A stretch of 64,000 nucleotides of DNA from Nitrospirota bacterium (GCA_024275955.1 JAJRYD010000005.1:7480-71479); one strand, 5' to 3'. Shown: positions 39,743 to 49,291, counted from the stretch's first letter. Numbers and translations are program-made. Notes: generated from the sequence alone by a model not told the origin.

Positions 39743-41416
39743 CTACATCACCACTTTAAGCACTTCATCGACGATGGTACGGCCTTCCAATATTTTCCTA
39801 AGTCCGTCTTCCGCCATAGTGAGCATGCCGTTGGCCCTGCCTACATTCTCTAGTTCTTTTATTCCGTAACTATCTACGATAGCTTTATGAAAGCTGTCGT
39901 CTATATGCATTATCTCGTACAGCCCAAGCCTGCCTGTAAGCCCTATGTTGCTACAGCTGGTACAGCCGGCTCCTTCGTAAACCTTAAAAGCGGTGCCTTC
40001 TGGAATTTTGCCCAAAACTTTAAGCTGGCCGATATCCGGGTTTTTAACCTCTTGCTTGCAATTTTCGCATATTCTCCTAACAAGCCTTTGGCCGACGACC
40101 GCCCTTAGCGATGCCGAAAGGAGGTAAGGCTTTATGCCCATATCGACAAGCCTCGGGATAGCGCCTGCCGCGTTGTTGGTATGCAGGGTAGAGAGAACCA
40201 GATGGCCCGTAAGGGCAGACCTTATCGCAAGCTCGGCCGTTTCGGAGTCGCGAATCTCTCCTACCATTACTATATCCGGGTCTTGCCTTAGTATCGAGCG
40301 AAGCCCTGTGGGGAAATCCATCCCTACATCTGGGTGAACCTGCGTCTGCCTGATAACCTGAAGGTTAAATTCTATAGGGTCTTCAAGGGTGAGGATAGAC
40401 CTATCCATCGTGTTGAGGATGCTAAGCGCCGAGTAGAGCGTGCTTGTTTTGCCGGAACCTGTAGGGCCGGTAACAAGAAGCAGTCCGTTAGGGTTTTTCA
40501 AAAGCTCGTTCATGCGGTCTTCGTCGTCTTTCATAAAGCCGAGCGCGTCAAACTTAAGATCGACATTCAGCTTGTCTAAAATTCTTATTACGATAGCCTC
40601 GCCGTTAGATGTCGGCATCGTCGATATTCTCAGGTCGATAACCCTCGAACCTATCTTGAACGACGCCCTGCCGTCCTGCGACAGACGCTTTTCCGTAATA
40701 TCGAGGTCGCTTATTATTTTTATTCTTGCGGTAAGCGCGGCAGAAAGCGACTTTGGGATAAGCAGGTCTTGGCTTAAAACGCCGTCCACCCTTGTACGGA
40801 CTCTAAGTATTCGTTCTTCGGGTTCTATATGTATATCTGTTGCCCGCTTTTTTATAGAGGCAGATATTATCTGGTCGACAAGGGTTATCATCGGCATTAT
40901 GTCGCCGGTAGCGGCATCTAGGTTGTCTGCCAGCCCTTTTTCTATTATATGCTCGATAGTCTTTTCTATCGTGCTTTTGTGGGCGAAATGCCTTTCTATA
41001 GCCTCCATTATGTCGGTTTTGGGCGCGGCGACCACCTCGATAGTAAGCCCTGTTTCCTGCCCTACCGCGTCGATCGCGTTTACATCGAGGGCATCCGCCA
41101 TAGCGACGGTAAGAGTATGCCCATCTTTTTTAAGCGGAAGCACCTGATGCTGTTTGGCGGTGTCGTACACGATAAGCTTTACCGCATCTATCTCTATAGG
41201 GTATGTGCTTAGGTCTACAAGTTCGGAGAGCGTTTCCTGAGCAAGAAACTTGGCGATAATATCCTGCGAGAGGATCTTAAGCTCCTCCAGAGCATCGCCT
41301 AAGTATATCCCTTTTCGCTTATGCTCGTTAAGAGCAAGCTTTAGCTGGGCATCGTTTATAAGCCCGGCATCAAGAAGCCTTTGCCCAAGCGGTTTTACCG
41401 CTGTTTTTTCCGCCAA
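39743..41416 (-). CDS. type IV pilus assembly ATPase MshE-type with N-terminal c-di-GMP-binding MshEN domain
   Basis: 557 aa. N-terminus LGQRLLDAGLINDAQLKLALNEHKRKGIYLGDALEEL matches the MshEN tandem motif. Walker A GPTGSGKTST. Tetracysteine motif CENC...CTSC. Confidence 0.9.
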   Translation of the reverse strand: MAEKTAVKPLGQRLLDAGLINDAQLKLALNEHKRKGIYLGDALEELKILSQDIIAKFLAQETLSELVDLSTYPIEIDAVKLIVYDTAKQHQVLPLKKDGHTLTVAMADALDVNAIDAVGQETGLTIEVVAAPKTDIMEAIERHFAHKSTIEKTIEHIIEKGLADNLDAATGDIMPMITLVDQIISASIKKRATDIHIEPEERILRVRTRVDGVLSQDLLIPKSLSAALTARIKIISDLDITEKRLSQDGRASFKIGSRVIDLRISTMPTSNGEAIVIRILDKLNVDLKFDALGFMKDDEDRMNELLKNPNGLLLVTGPTGSGKTSTLYSALSILNTMDRSILTLEDPIEFNLQVIRQTQVHPDVGMDFPTGLRSILRQDPDIVMVGEIRDSETAELAIRSALTGHLVLSTLHTNNAAGAIPRLVDMGIKPYLLSASLRAVVGQRLVRRICENCKQEVKNPDIGQLKVLGKIPEGTAFKVYEGAGCTSCSNIGLTGRLGLYEIMHIDDSFHKAIVDSYGIKELENVGRANGMLTMAEDGLRKILEGRTIVDEVLKVVM

Positions 41417-41552
41417 TATATACTGCCCCCAAAGAAACCAAAGATGCGAGGAGCGTCAACGCCGCCCCAGCCTTTAAAAGAAAATCTCCGGCTGGCGGCC
41501 TGTTAAAACGGGCCACCAGCCGATAAGAATAAAAGCTTCCTAAACCAAACAG

Positions 41553-42266
41553 CTAGTTTATAAGAGCGGAAGCGAGGTAAATGGTCATAGTCCCCTGATC
41601 ACTCACTCCGCCTTCTGTGCCGTCCCATTTCACTTTGCCTCTAATACCACTTCTGGCATTAACGGCACCAGCTCCGCTACCTGTTTTACCTCCGTCAATG
41701 ATATCTTCGATCCTCTCCCAATCGGTCTCTGCTACGGCGGCGTAAGTGATAAAAACAACAATCTTGTTATTTGTCGAGCTTATCGTGCCAGTACTAGCAA
41801 ACGCGAAATCGTTAGTTGTAGCTGTAACCGCGGTGGTAGTACCAAGCGCAGATATTATCTGCCCGACAGAGCCTATAGAGGTGTGTTTGATAGCATCGAG
41901 GTAAGGGCCCTCCCATCTTGCCCACAACCCGGTAGTAACATTAGAAGCTGTACCTTTTATCCCTATATTCATCAGCTGAAAACCTAAATCGTTAGTAGAT
42001 GTGGATGTAGCTGTGGTGGTTACCGCCAGAGCCGCCACAGGGACGCCGCTTGCGCCAAGTACGTTCAATGTGCCTATATCGGCATACCAGTCGTTAACAG
42101 CGGCGGTGTAGGTGCGGATATCGGAAGCGAGTGCCGATGCTTTGGAATCTGCAATAGTATCGAACACTTTAGGCGCTACCAGTGCCGCAAGCACGCTTAT
42201 AACGGCAAGAACGCCGATAATTTCTATCATAGTAAAACCAGCTTTACTTTTAAGACTCTTGAACAT
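41553..42266 (-). CDS. type IV major pilin (MshA-like)
   Basis: 237 aa. Prepilin leader MFKSLKSKAG/FTMIEIIGVLAVISVLAALVAP. Thr/Ala/Gly-rich body. Confidence 0.8.
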   Translation of the reverse strand: MFKSLKSKAGFTMIEIIGVLAVISVLAALVAPKVFDTIADSKASALASDIRTYTAAVNDWYADIGTLNVLGASGVPVAALAVTTTATSTSTNDLGFQLMNIGIKGTASNVTTGLWARWEGPYLDAIKHTSIGSVGQIISALGTTTAVTATTNDFAFASTGTISSTNNKIVVFITYAAVAETDWERIEDIIDGGKTGSGAGAVNARSGIRGKVKWDGTEGGVSDQGTMTIYLASALIN

Positions 42267-42330
42267 ATCTATTTAACCCCCAAAAAAAATTAAACTGTTT
42301 AAACAAAATTAATAATACAGGAAATCTACG

Positions 42331-42666
42331 CTATCTCTTTTCCTTCGTGTAAACTCCAACAAAAAACAGACCGACTGCTATGCCGAAAAAGTAAGGCCGC
42401 AACAAAACCGTAACCAAGCGGAACATCTCAAGCTTGTCCGGCACCGCCGCCTCTGCGCCACTATTGTAACAGAAGTCAAAAACTTTGCCAGCATAACTTA
42501 TCGCCCGATTATTTGTGGCAGATTCCCCTCTTTTTGCAAAGCGGGAGGAGAGTGGTTCTTGCTTGGTAACCATTCCGAAGTTCGACAGGCTCACGCCGCC
42601 CTCCCTTCTTATAAAGGGAAAGGTTTCTACGGCAATTCCCGTAAGTAGCCGCTCCTGATAAAGCAT
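42331..42666 (-). CDS. small hypothetical protein with C-terminal TM helix
   Basis: 111 aa. Lies 64 bp upstream of the pilin gene. No motif, so possibly non-coding. Confidence 0.3.
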   Translation of the reverse strand: MLYQERLLTGIAVETFPFIRREGGVSLSNFGMVTKQEPLSSRFAKRGESATNNRAISYAGKVFDFCYNSGAEAAVPDKLEMFRLVTVLLRPYFFGIAVGLFFVGVYTKEKR

Positions 42667-42831
42667 GTTTTTAGCGTGGCAAGGTTTTGTAACTGACCTT
42701 CCTGTTCAGTTTTCTGCCGATAAATCTTCGTAAAACCGCCAGCCAAAAAGAAAAAACAAGAAAGCCCTTCAGTAGCTTTCTCATATTATGCCCCGCACCG
42801 CAGAGAACGGCGTTCATCTTGTCGCCCTCTT

Positions 42832-42961
42832 TGGGGCTGTTGCCGAATGGCATAAATTCGATTTTCCCACAAATCGCCAATCGCTAAAACCTCTGTTTTT
42901 AAGAAGTTAGAAAATGAGCTTTTCTTTAAAATGCTCAAAAAACTCTTTTGGAAACAGTCCC
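42832..42961 (+). repeat. MITE/REP-like intergenic repeat, copy 5
   Basis: GGGGCTGTTGCCGAATGGCATAAATTCGATTTTCCCACAAATCGCCAATCGCTAAAACCTC...CTCTTTTGGAAACAGTCCC. Confidence 0.85.
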
Positions 42962-43369
42962 ATAATCGTTTAAACAATAAACGGCTTTTTGTAGGAACGA
43001 CATAAGTAGCGTAGACATTCCTGTCTGCGATTGTCCCGCAGGGGCAACAGACTTGGCGGTGTCGCACTAAAATCGGATGAACAACATGTAAAAATGCCCG
43101 TTCCACCGCAAAACGAGCTTCCTAACTTTTTCAATAACCGCGAATTTCTACGAGCCGAAGTTAAAGCGCAAACCAAATCCCCTCATTTACCGCCTACGGT
43201 AGCTAAAGCGCCTACCCCTGTATTATCTAATTCCATCAATACTGCCTGAATCCGCAGACAAGAACCCCCGCTATTGATTGAAATTCCAAAAAAGGCAGGG
43301 AGCAAGTTGTCTGCGCTCTGCGTCTGCCGTCTGCGAGAACCGGCATAAGATACTTTGGAATCTCCCTTC

Positions 43370-44173
43370 TCATTTTGCGTAAAACTTTCCAAAGCTGTTA
43401 AGCTCTATCATCTGCATAATCTCCGCTTCGGTGATTCTCCGGCTATAGTCGCATTTTTTTATACCAACAAGCTGGTTCCACTTATACTCTATCCCCTCGT
43501 AGCTAAAAGCGGTCATACGACACTCTCTAACCTTCTTTTGGCCGGCAGACTTATATTCATAAACCGTTCTCGCTATATAATGCCCGTTTTGCGAGTCGCG
43601 CCAGACAATATCGGTGCTAATATGCTTAAACGATTTCGGGTCGCCTATACCTGTTTTGACTATCCCCTTAGAGGCATCGCGGAACTTTTGGTCAGGATGA
43701 AGAGTCGCGTAATCTATCACCTTTAGAACGGTAAATACGAGAAGAGAATAAAGTAGAATCCTTTTCCAGTTCAAGAGATAGAGAACCGAGAAAAGAAGCT
43801 TATCCCAGTTCCTTTTGCTGTCGGTCTCCTGCTGTTTTTTTTCTGGTTTTTTATTATCCGATGTTTCTTTAGGCTCTGGCTTGGCATTGCCGTCCAGATA
43901 AAAACTATCGCCGTAGATAAGCTGGCCGCAGTCGCACTTTAGTTCGTCGATATCCTGTCCGCAATCGCATCCGGCAAACTCGGCCTCTAACGAAAATGTG
44001 TCATTTTCCCCGCAGTTGGGGCATGCCAACGCCCCTTCTTCGCCGCACCCAAAACATTTATAAAAGACCGACCTGTTATACTCAACCGCCAAACTAACAC
44101 CCCGCCGGAAAAGAAAGAAAACTCCCACCGTCCACTTTTTATACCATGCCTTTGTAGCTGTATAAGAGCCCAA
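43370..44173 (-). CDS. hypothetical membrane protein with N-terminal Cys-rich zinc-ribbon region
   Basis: 267 aa. CFGCGEEGALACPNCG...CDCGQ...CDCGQ cysteine pairs, a TM helix (LLYSLLVFTVLKVI), then a ~130-aa C-terminal domain. Confidence 0.5.
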   Translation of the reverse strand: MGSYTATKAWYKKWTVGVFFLFRRGVSLAVEYNRSVFYKCFGCGEEGALACPNCGENDTFSLEAEFAGCDCGQDIDELKCDCGQLIYGDSFYLDGNAKPEPKETSDNKKPEKKQQETDSKRNWDKLLFSVLYLLNWKRILLYSLLVFTVLKVIDYATLHPDQKFRDASKGIVKTGIGDPKSFKHISTDIVWRDSQNGHYIARTVYEYKSAGQKKVRECRMTAFSYEGIEYKWNQLVGIKKCDYSRRITEAEIMQMIELNSFGKFYAK

Positions 44174-44281
44174 AATCCGGTTTTTCGGGTATTTGCGTTT
44201 TTATCAAGCTATAATCTCTGACATGAAACGTTGCCCAAAAACAGCCCTGCCTAGAAGAATAACAGGAAAACGATACAACGT

Positions 44282-45454
44282 ATGAGGCGTGAACGGTTCA
44301 AGGCTATATATAAAAACAGCCCTATACTTCTTGGCATCGGGCTTAAAAGCATGCGCGCTACAGTAAGGGGGATGTTCCGGCAGATAGGCTCTTCCGAAAT
44401 AGTGGAAGCCGAAACCGGCGAGAGCGTACTGACACTCCTAAACAAATTCTACAAGGAAAAAAGTTATTTCGTAATCCTCGACTGGGATATACCCGGAATG
44501 CCGGGGGTAGATGTGGCAAGAGAAATAAGGGGCAACAAACGGCTCGAAAACACCCCTCTCCTGCTGATGGCGGAAGACGCGGTGGCAGGGGATGTCGCTC
44601 TGCTTGGAGAGATAGGCGTGAACGGATGCGTCGTAAAGCCATTAATCTTTAGCCTTATGCAAAAAAAGTTCGAGGAGATTATCTACACAAGAGCCAACCC
44701 GCCGGAGCATGTGCGGATTATAAAAGAGGGTGAGGACCTTCAGGAAAAGAAAAATTACAAGCAAGCACTTAAGCTGTTTACCCAATCGCAGGATATAAAA
44801 AACTCGGCGCGTGTCAACGTGCTTATAGGAGAAAGCTACGAGAAGATGGAAGAGCATAAAGAAGCTCTTAAACACTACCAAATGGCAACCAAAATCAACC
44901 CGATGTACATCAAGGCGTATCAATACGCGGCTAGCCTTTATCTAAAGCTGAACGACGAGGAGAATGGGTTAATTTATCTGGGCAAAGCGGCCCAAATAAG
45001 CCCAAATAACCACGAAAGACAGGCTCTGCTTGGCAAGCTGTATATGGCAAAGGGAGATATAGTAAAAGCCGAGGAGGCTTTTTCCTTCGTCGTTAAAATA
45101 CAGCCGGAAAAAGGAAAGGAGATAGGCGAAAAGTTTCTGGAAGCTGGGCATTCGAGAACTGCGGAAAACTTTTTCAAAAAATCTATAGCCTTTGAAAGAA
45201 GATCTATACATACCTATAACCGTCTTGGGATAGCTCTAAGAAGGCAGGGCAAATGGCAAGAAGCGGTAGATATATACAAAAAAGCTCTGCTGATAAGCCA
45301 TAGGGATGAAGGACTCTATTTCAACATGGGCCGCTCGTTTATAGAGGGCGGCAGAACTTACGAAGCGAAAGAATCGTTCCACAGGGCGCTAAAACTAAAC
45401 CCAAAGATGGAAGAAGCAAGGGAAGAGCTGGCAAAGCTGGGAAAGAAAAAGTAA
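44282..45454 (+). CDS. receiver-TPR protein, paralog of 4949..6121, with a degenerate receiver acidic pocket
   Basis: 390 aa. VILDWDIPGMPG...KP receiver motifs, but the N-terminal DD pair is replaced by GI (ILLGIGLKSM). The TPR region aligns with the paralog (AAQISPNNHERQ / YNRLGIALRRQGKWQEAV). Confidence 0.75.
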   Translation: MRRERFKAIYKNSPILLGIGLKSMRATVRGMFRQIGSSEIVEAETGESVLTLLNKFYKEKSYFVILDWDIPGMPGVDVAREIRGNKRLENTPLLLMAEDAVAGDVALLGEIGVNGCVVKPLIFSLMQKKFEEIIYTRANPPEHVRIIKEGEDLQEKKNYKQALKLFTQSQDIKNSARVNVLIGESYEKMEEHKEALKHYQMATKINPMYIKAYQYAASLYLKLNDEENGLIYLGKAAQISPNNHERQALLGKLYMAKGDIVKAEEAFSFVVKIQPEKGKEIGEKFLEAGHSRTAENFFKKSIAFERRSIHTYNRLGIALRRQGKWQEAVDIYKKALLISHRDEGLYFNMGRSFIEGGRTYEAKESFHRALKLNPKMEEAREELAKLGKKK

Positions 45455-45532
45455 CTTTTCTCGAACCGGCCGATATTCCCGGCAGTAGCCGAAGCGTCCT
45501 AAAATATCGACGTATACCGTGATACCGGAAAT

Positions 45533-45661
45533 GGGGCTATTGCCGAATAAGACAATCTTGATTTTGCTACAAATCGACAATCTCTAAAACCTCTCTTTTA
45601 AAGAAGTTAGAAAATAAACTTTCTCCTAAAATACTCAAAAAACTCTTTTGGAAACAGTCCC
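45533..45661 (+). repeat. MITE/REP-like intergenic repeat, copy 6
   Basis: GGGGCTATTGCCGAATAAGACAATCTTGATTTTGCTACAAATCGACAATCTCTAAAACCTC...CTCTTTTGGAAACAGTCCC. Confidence 0.85.
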
Positions 45662-45708
45662 TTAAACAGCCGGTGCAACCTGCCGGCCTCTGGTAAAATA
45701 AGGCCGAG

Positions 45709-46335
45709 ATGAAAAACTTTTTACCGCTCTCAATATTTGCCATAGCGTTTGCCGTTGTCGAGGCGGCTGTGGTGGTCTACCTGCGCCAGCTTTATTACCC
45801 TGAAGGTTTTGCCCTCCCGCTAAAACCGATACCGACCGAGATACTGCATATAGAGATGACACGCGAAGCGGCAACCCTTCTGATGCTTATATCGGTAGGA
45901 ATAATCGCCGGAAAGAACCGCTGGCAGAAATTCTGCTATGCCGTTTACTGCTTTGGCCTTTGGGATATCTTTTATTACATCTGGCTAAAGCTTTTCACCG
46001 GATGGCCGGAATCGTTCCTAACCGCCGATATCCTTTTTCTGCTTCCGGTAATATGGTGGGGACCACTGCTGGCCCCTGTTACGGTAGGCCTTTCCTTATG
46101 CGTTGCGTCGATGGTAACCATAGGCAAAATGGAAAGCGGCTGGAAGCCGCTAGTGAGGGCGGCAGACATTTTCTGGATTGTTTTAGGAGCTGTGATTATA
46201 CTCTATACCTTCATGGCGGACGCATCGACGCTGGAAGCAGGAGGATATCCGCCGCCCTACCGCTGGGTTGCATTTGCTATCGGCGAGCTTGTCGGCGTTA
46301 CCGCGTTCGTGAAGATGATTTTGAGAAAGGTATAA
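45709..46335 (+). CDS. hypothetical polytopic membrane protein
   Basis: 208 aa with 5-6 TM helices. Its stop abuts the birA start. Confidence 0.5.
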   Translation: MKNFLPLSIFAIAFAVVEAAVVVYLRQLYYPEGFALPLKPIPTEILHIEMTREAATLLMLISVGIIAGKNRWQKFCYAVYCFGLWDIFYYIWLKLFTGWPESFLTADILFLLPVIWWGPLLAPVTVGLSLCVASMVTIGKMESGWKPLVRAADIFWIVLGAVIILYTFMADASTLEAGGYPPPYRWVAFAIGELVGVTAFVKMILRKV

Positions 46336-46336
46336 A

Positions 46337-47098
46337 ATGAACCCCGAGCTGATTGCTGAAAAGCTGACGACAAAAGATATAGGACGCAGTATTGTTTACC
46401 TCAAGGAAACCGATTCCACCAATCTCCATGCCGGCAGAATGTTTAAAAACGGTGAACTTCGTCACGGCATAGTAATCATCGCTGGTTCGCAGAGTGCCGG
46501 CAGAGGGCGGATGGGAAGGTATTGGTACTCTAACGGCGGTCTTGCGATGACGGTGGTGGTAGAGATACCGGAAAAGGTGGACAATCTGGCCCCTATCACC
46601 TTGACGGCCGGAGCGGCGACAGCGGTTGCCATATCGGAGCTTACCGGCAAGAAGTTCGATCTGAAATATCCCAACGATATAATGCACAACGGCAAAAAGC
46701 TTGGCGGCATACTCTCCGAACTCAAAATAGATAAAAACCGTTTCGTGCTTTTGGGCATAGGGATTAACGTAGAGCAGGAGAGCTTTCCAGACGAAATAGC
46801 AGGTATAGCGGTAAGCCTTAGGCAGGCAGGGCTAAAGGTAGCCGTTGAGGATGTAGCCTCGGCGATACTAAACCAGCTTGAACCGATGCTCGACACTTTT
46901 ATGGCGAACGGTTTTGCCCATATACGCCGATACTGGCTGGAGGTAAACTGCACCATAGGCAAAAAGATAACTGTCACGCAACCCTCGGGCTTGATAAAAG
47001 GAAAGGCGATAAACATAGACGACGAGGGAGCGCTGATACTTGAAACCGAAAACGGAACGCAAAAAGCGCTCTCTGGAGATTTTACGGTGGAAAAATGA
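46337..47098 (+). CDS. birA: biotin--[acetyl-CoA-carboxylase] ligase (group I, no DNA-binding domain)
   Basis: 253 aa. GRGRMGRYW biotin-protein-ligase signature. Sits upstream of coaX, the conserved birA-coaX (Baf) arrangement. Confidence 0.85.
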   Translation: MNPELIAEKLTTKDIGRSIVYLKETDSTNLHAGRMFKNGELRHGIVIIAGSQSAGRGRMGRYWYSNGGLAMTVVVEIPEKVDNLAPITLTAGAATAVAISELTGKKFDLKYPNDIMHNGKKLGGILSELKIDKNRFVLLGIGINVEQESFPDEIAGIAVSLRQAGLKVAVEDVASAILNQLEPMLDTFMANGFAHIRRYWLEVNCTIGKKITVTQPSGLIKGKAINIDDEGALILETENGTQKALSGDFTVEK

Positions 47099-47865
47099 AA
47101 AAACTGCTCGCTATTGATATAGGAAATACAAATACCGTAATCGGGATATTTGAAGGAGAAACCCTTAGCGAAAAATTCCGGCTTACAACCAACACTCTGG
47201 AAACATCCGACGAAGTGTCAATTAAAATTGCCGCCCTTTTACGGGAAAACGCGATAGAAAAAGATGACATCGAAAACGTAATAGTATGCTCGGTTGTTCC
47301 GCAAATCACCGGACATTATGTAGCTCTGGCAAAAAAGTCGTTCGGCCTAAAAGCGACCATCGTAGGCCCGGGCGTAAAAACCGGAACGCCTATCCTGTAC
47401 GACAACCCTAAAGAAGTTGGAGCCGACAGAATAGCAAATACGGTAGGCGGCTATAACATCTACGGTGGGCCGCTTATAATAGTAGACCTCGGCACGGCGA
47501 TTACCTTCGACTACGTTTCCGAAAAAGGGGAATATGTCGGCGGAGTAATAGCGCCCGGTATAGCTACATCTATGGCATTTCTCTCGAAAAAAGCGGCACA
47601 ACTGCCTCAGGTGGCGCTTACAATGCCCAAAAATGTTATCGGAAAAAATACTGTGGAAAGCATGCAGTCGGGCGCGGTATTCGGCTTTTCGGGGCTTATA
47701 GATTCGATAGTCGAAAAGATAAAGCTGGAAACCAAAACAGATATCAAAGTGGTGGCGACCGGAGGCGACTGCGAATGGTTAAAAGAACTTTCCAGCAGTA
47801 TAGATGAATACGAACCAAACCTAACCCTCTACGGCTTGCTGAAGATACAATCATTGCAAAAATAG
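47095..47865 (+). CDS. coaX: type III pantothenate kinase
   Basis: 256 aa. LAIDIGNTNTVIG start, GADR motif, actin-like fold. Overlaps birA (ATGA). Confidence 0.9.
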   Translation: MKKLLAIDIGNTNTVIGIFEGETLSEKFRLTTNTLETSDEVSIKIAALLRENAIEKDDIENVIVCSVVPQITGHYVALAKKSFGLKATIVGPGVKTGTPILYDNPKEVGADRIANTVGGYNIYGGPLIIVDLGTAITFDYVSEKGEYVGGVIAPGIATSMAFLSKKAAQLPQVALTMPKNVIGKNTVESMQSGAVFGFSGLIDSIVEKIKLETKTDIKVVATGGDCEWLKELSSSIDEYEPNLTLYGLLKIQSLQK

Positions 47866-47938
47866 CCGACTAAAAAAATGCTTTACATAATCTGCAAACT
47901 GTTTAAAATCAGAGTGTCTTAGTAGTGGAGGGAAGTTT

Positions 47939-48334
47939 GTGACCACCTTGAAAGAGGGTTTTACCGTTCTGCATGTCGATGACTCCAAAACCATCCGTAA
48001 GATGGTGCTGAAAATACTGGTCGAAATCGGTATAAAGGAGGAAAATATTGACAACGCCAGTAACGGAAAATCTGGGCTACAAAAGCTGGAAGAGGGAAAA
48101 AGCTACGATGTAGTTCTTCTTGACTGGTCTATGCCCGGAATGACAGGAATAGAAATGCTTGGTGAAGTAAGGAAACACGAAAATTCTAAAATCTCCACTA
48201 CGCCTGTAATAATGGTTACCGCGGAAGCTCTTAAAGAAAATATAATCAAAGCCGCCAGAGTGGGTGCCAACGGATATATAACAAAACCGTTCACCGGCCA
48301 AAGACTTTTAGAAGTGCTGAACAAGGCTCTGTAG
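47939..48334 (+). CDS. single-domain CheY-like response regulator
   Basis: 131 aa. HVDDS...LLDWSMPGMTG...TKP receiver motifs. Confidence 0.85.
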   Translation: MTTLKEGFTVLHVDDSKTIRKMVLKILVEIGIKEENIDNASNGKSGLQKLEEGKSYDVVLLDWSMPGMTGIEMLGEVRKHENSKISTTPVIMVTAEALKENIIKAARVGANGYITKPFTGQRLLEVLNKAL

Positions 48335-48362
48335 GTTTCGCGTATCTCTGCCGGTAGCTTTT

Positions 48363-48797
48363 ATGAATAAGACCGTTTTTCTTTTTGCAGTACTCTCTTT
48401 TACCATCGCGTCTCCTTCTACTCAAGCTATAGCCAGCGAAAAAAGCGCGCGCCTGCGGTTTTTTATGACTGAAATTCACGCATATTACAGAGCTATCCAA
48501 GCCGGCATAAAAAACGGCGACTTCGATAAAGCAAAAAAAAGTGCCAACCGCGCCTACAGGTTCTTCGGCGAAATACCGGGCTTGATGCCGAAAACAAATA
48601 AGGACGGAACGCCGCTCAACAGGGAAATCTTTTTAAAAAGCATCAATACGTCAATGAAAACCATCGCCCAGCTAAAGGAAGCGCTGACGCAAAAAGATGT
48701 CAAAAGATCAGAGGAACTTTTGGGAGATATTTTTAAAAAATGCGCCAAGTGCCATAACAACATTTTAAAAACATCCAAAGCTAGTCAATCGCCTTAA
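48363..48797 (+). CDS. class II c-type cytochrome (cytochrome c'-like four-helix bundle)
   Basis: 144 aa with a signal peptide. Single CAKCH heme-binding motif near the C-terminus, as in cytochrome c' / c556. Confidence 0.6.
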   Translation: MNKTVFLFAVLSFTIASPSTQAIASEKSARLRFFMTEIHAYYRAIQAGIKNGDFDKAKKSANRAYRFFGEIPGLMPKTNKDGTPLNREIFLKSINTSMKTIAQLKEALTQKDVKRSEELLGDIFKKCAKCHNNILKTSKASQSP

Positions 48798-48980
48798 ATC
48801 TCAAGAGAGTTAGAGAAACTAGAAGGCATGGCAAAACAGATTGAACAAAGATGACAAAAGTTTCTAAACATAGGAACTCTATAGCTTTATGAATGAACCA
48901 ACATATCCTAAATGTAGTCACTATGTAGTCATTTTGGGATTTTCAAAGACCAGAAAATAAGCCTCAACTTATTGAAAAAA

Positions 48981-49054
48981 TGGCTGCCCCCCAAGGATTC
49001 GAACCTCGACTAACTGAACCAGAATCAGCCGTCCTGCCATTAGACGAGGGGGCA
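48981..49054 (-). tRNA. tRNA-Gln (anticodon CUG)
   Basis: Minus-strand sequence TGCCCCCTCGTCTAATGGCAGGACGGCTGATTCTGGTTCAGTTAGTCGAGGTTCGAATCCTTGGGGGCAGCCA. Folds as acceptor 7 bp (U1-A72), D arm, anticodon loop UUCUGGU, T loop GGTTCGAATCC, discriminator G and encoded CCA. Confidence 0.8.
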
Positions 49055-49074
49055 ACATTAAAATTGGATAGTCA

Positions 49075-49102
49075 GAATAGCTTTTTACAGGTTATCCTGC
49101 AA
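49075..49102 (-). promoter_or_regulatory. candidate sigma-70 promoter for tRNA-Gln
   Basis: On the minus strand, TTGCAG-N17-TATTCT ends ~16 nt upstream of the tRNA 5' end. A weak match to the consensus. Confidence 0.25.
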
Positions 49103-49291
49103 CAGTTTTTGCCAAAAATTGCTCCGGCATACCATCAAAAGCTAAGCCCCCCCTTAAAATTCCGCCTATTAAAGGTTAGAATAACCGAGGTTACTTCTAT
49201 CAGAAAAGAAAAAGATACTACATAGATAATGCTATTATTAACCTCGTAACTTATTACTCATGAAAAGTAATTATGAGGCTGACGGAGGCTG

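Noticed and set aside
48980..49225. ORF 48980..49225(+) of 81 aa
   Set aside because: Completely overlaps tRNA-Gln on the opposite strand. The translation (MAAPQGFEPRLTEPE...) is the tRNA read as protein.
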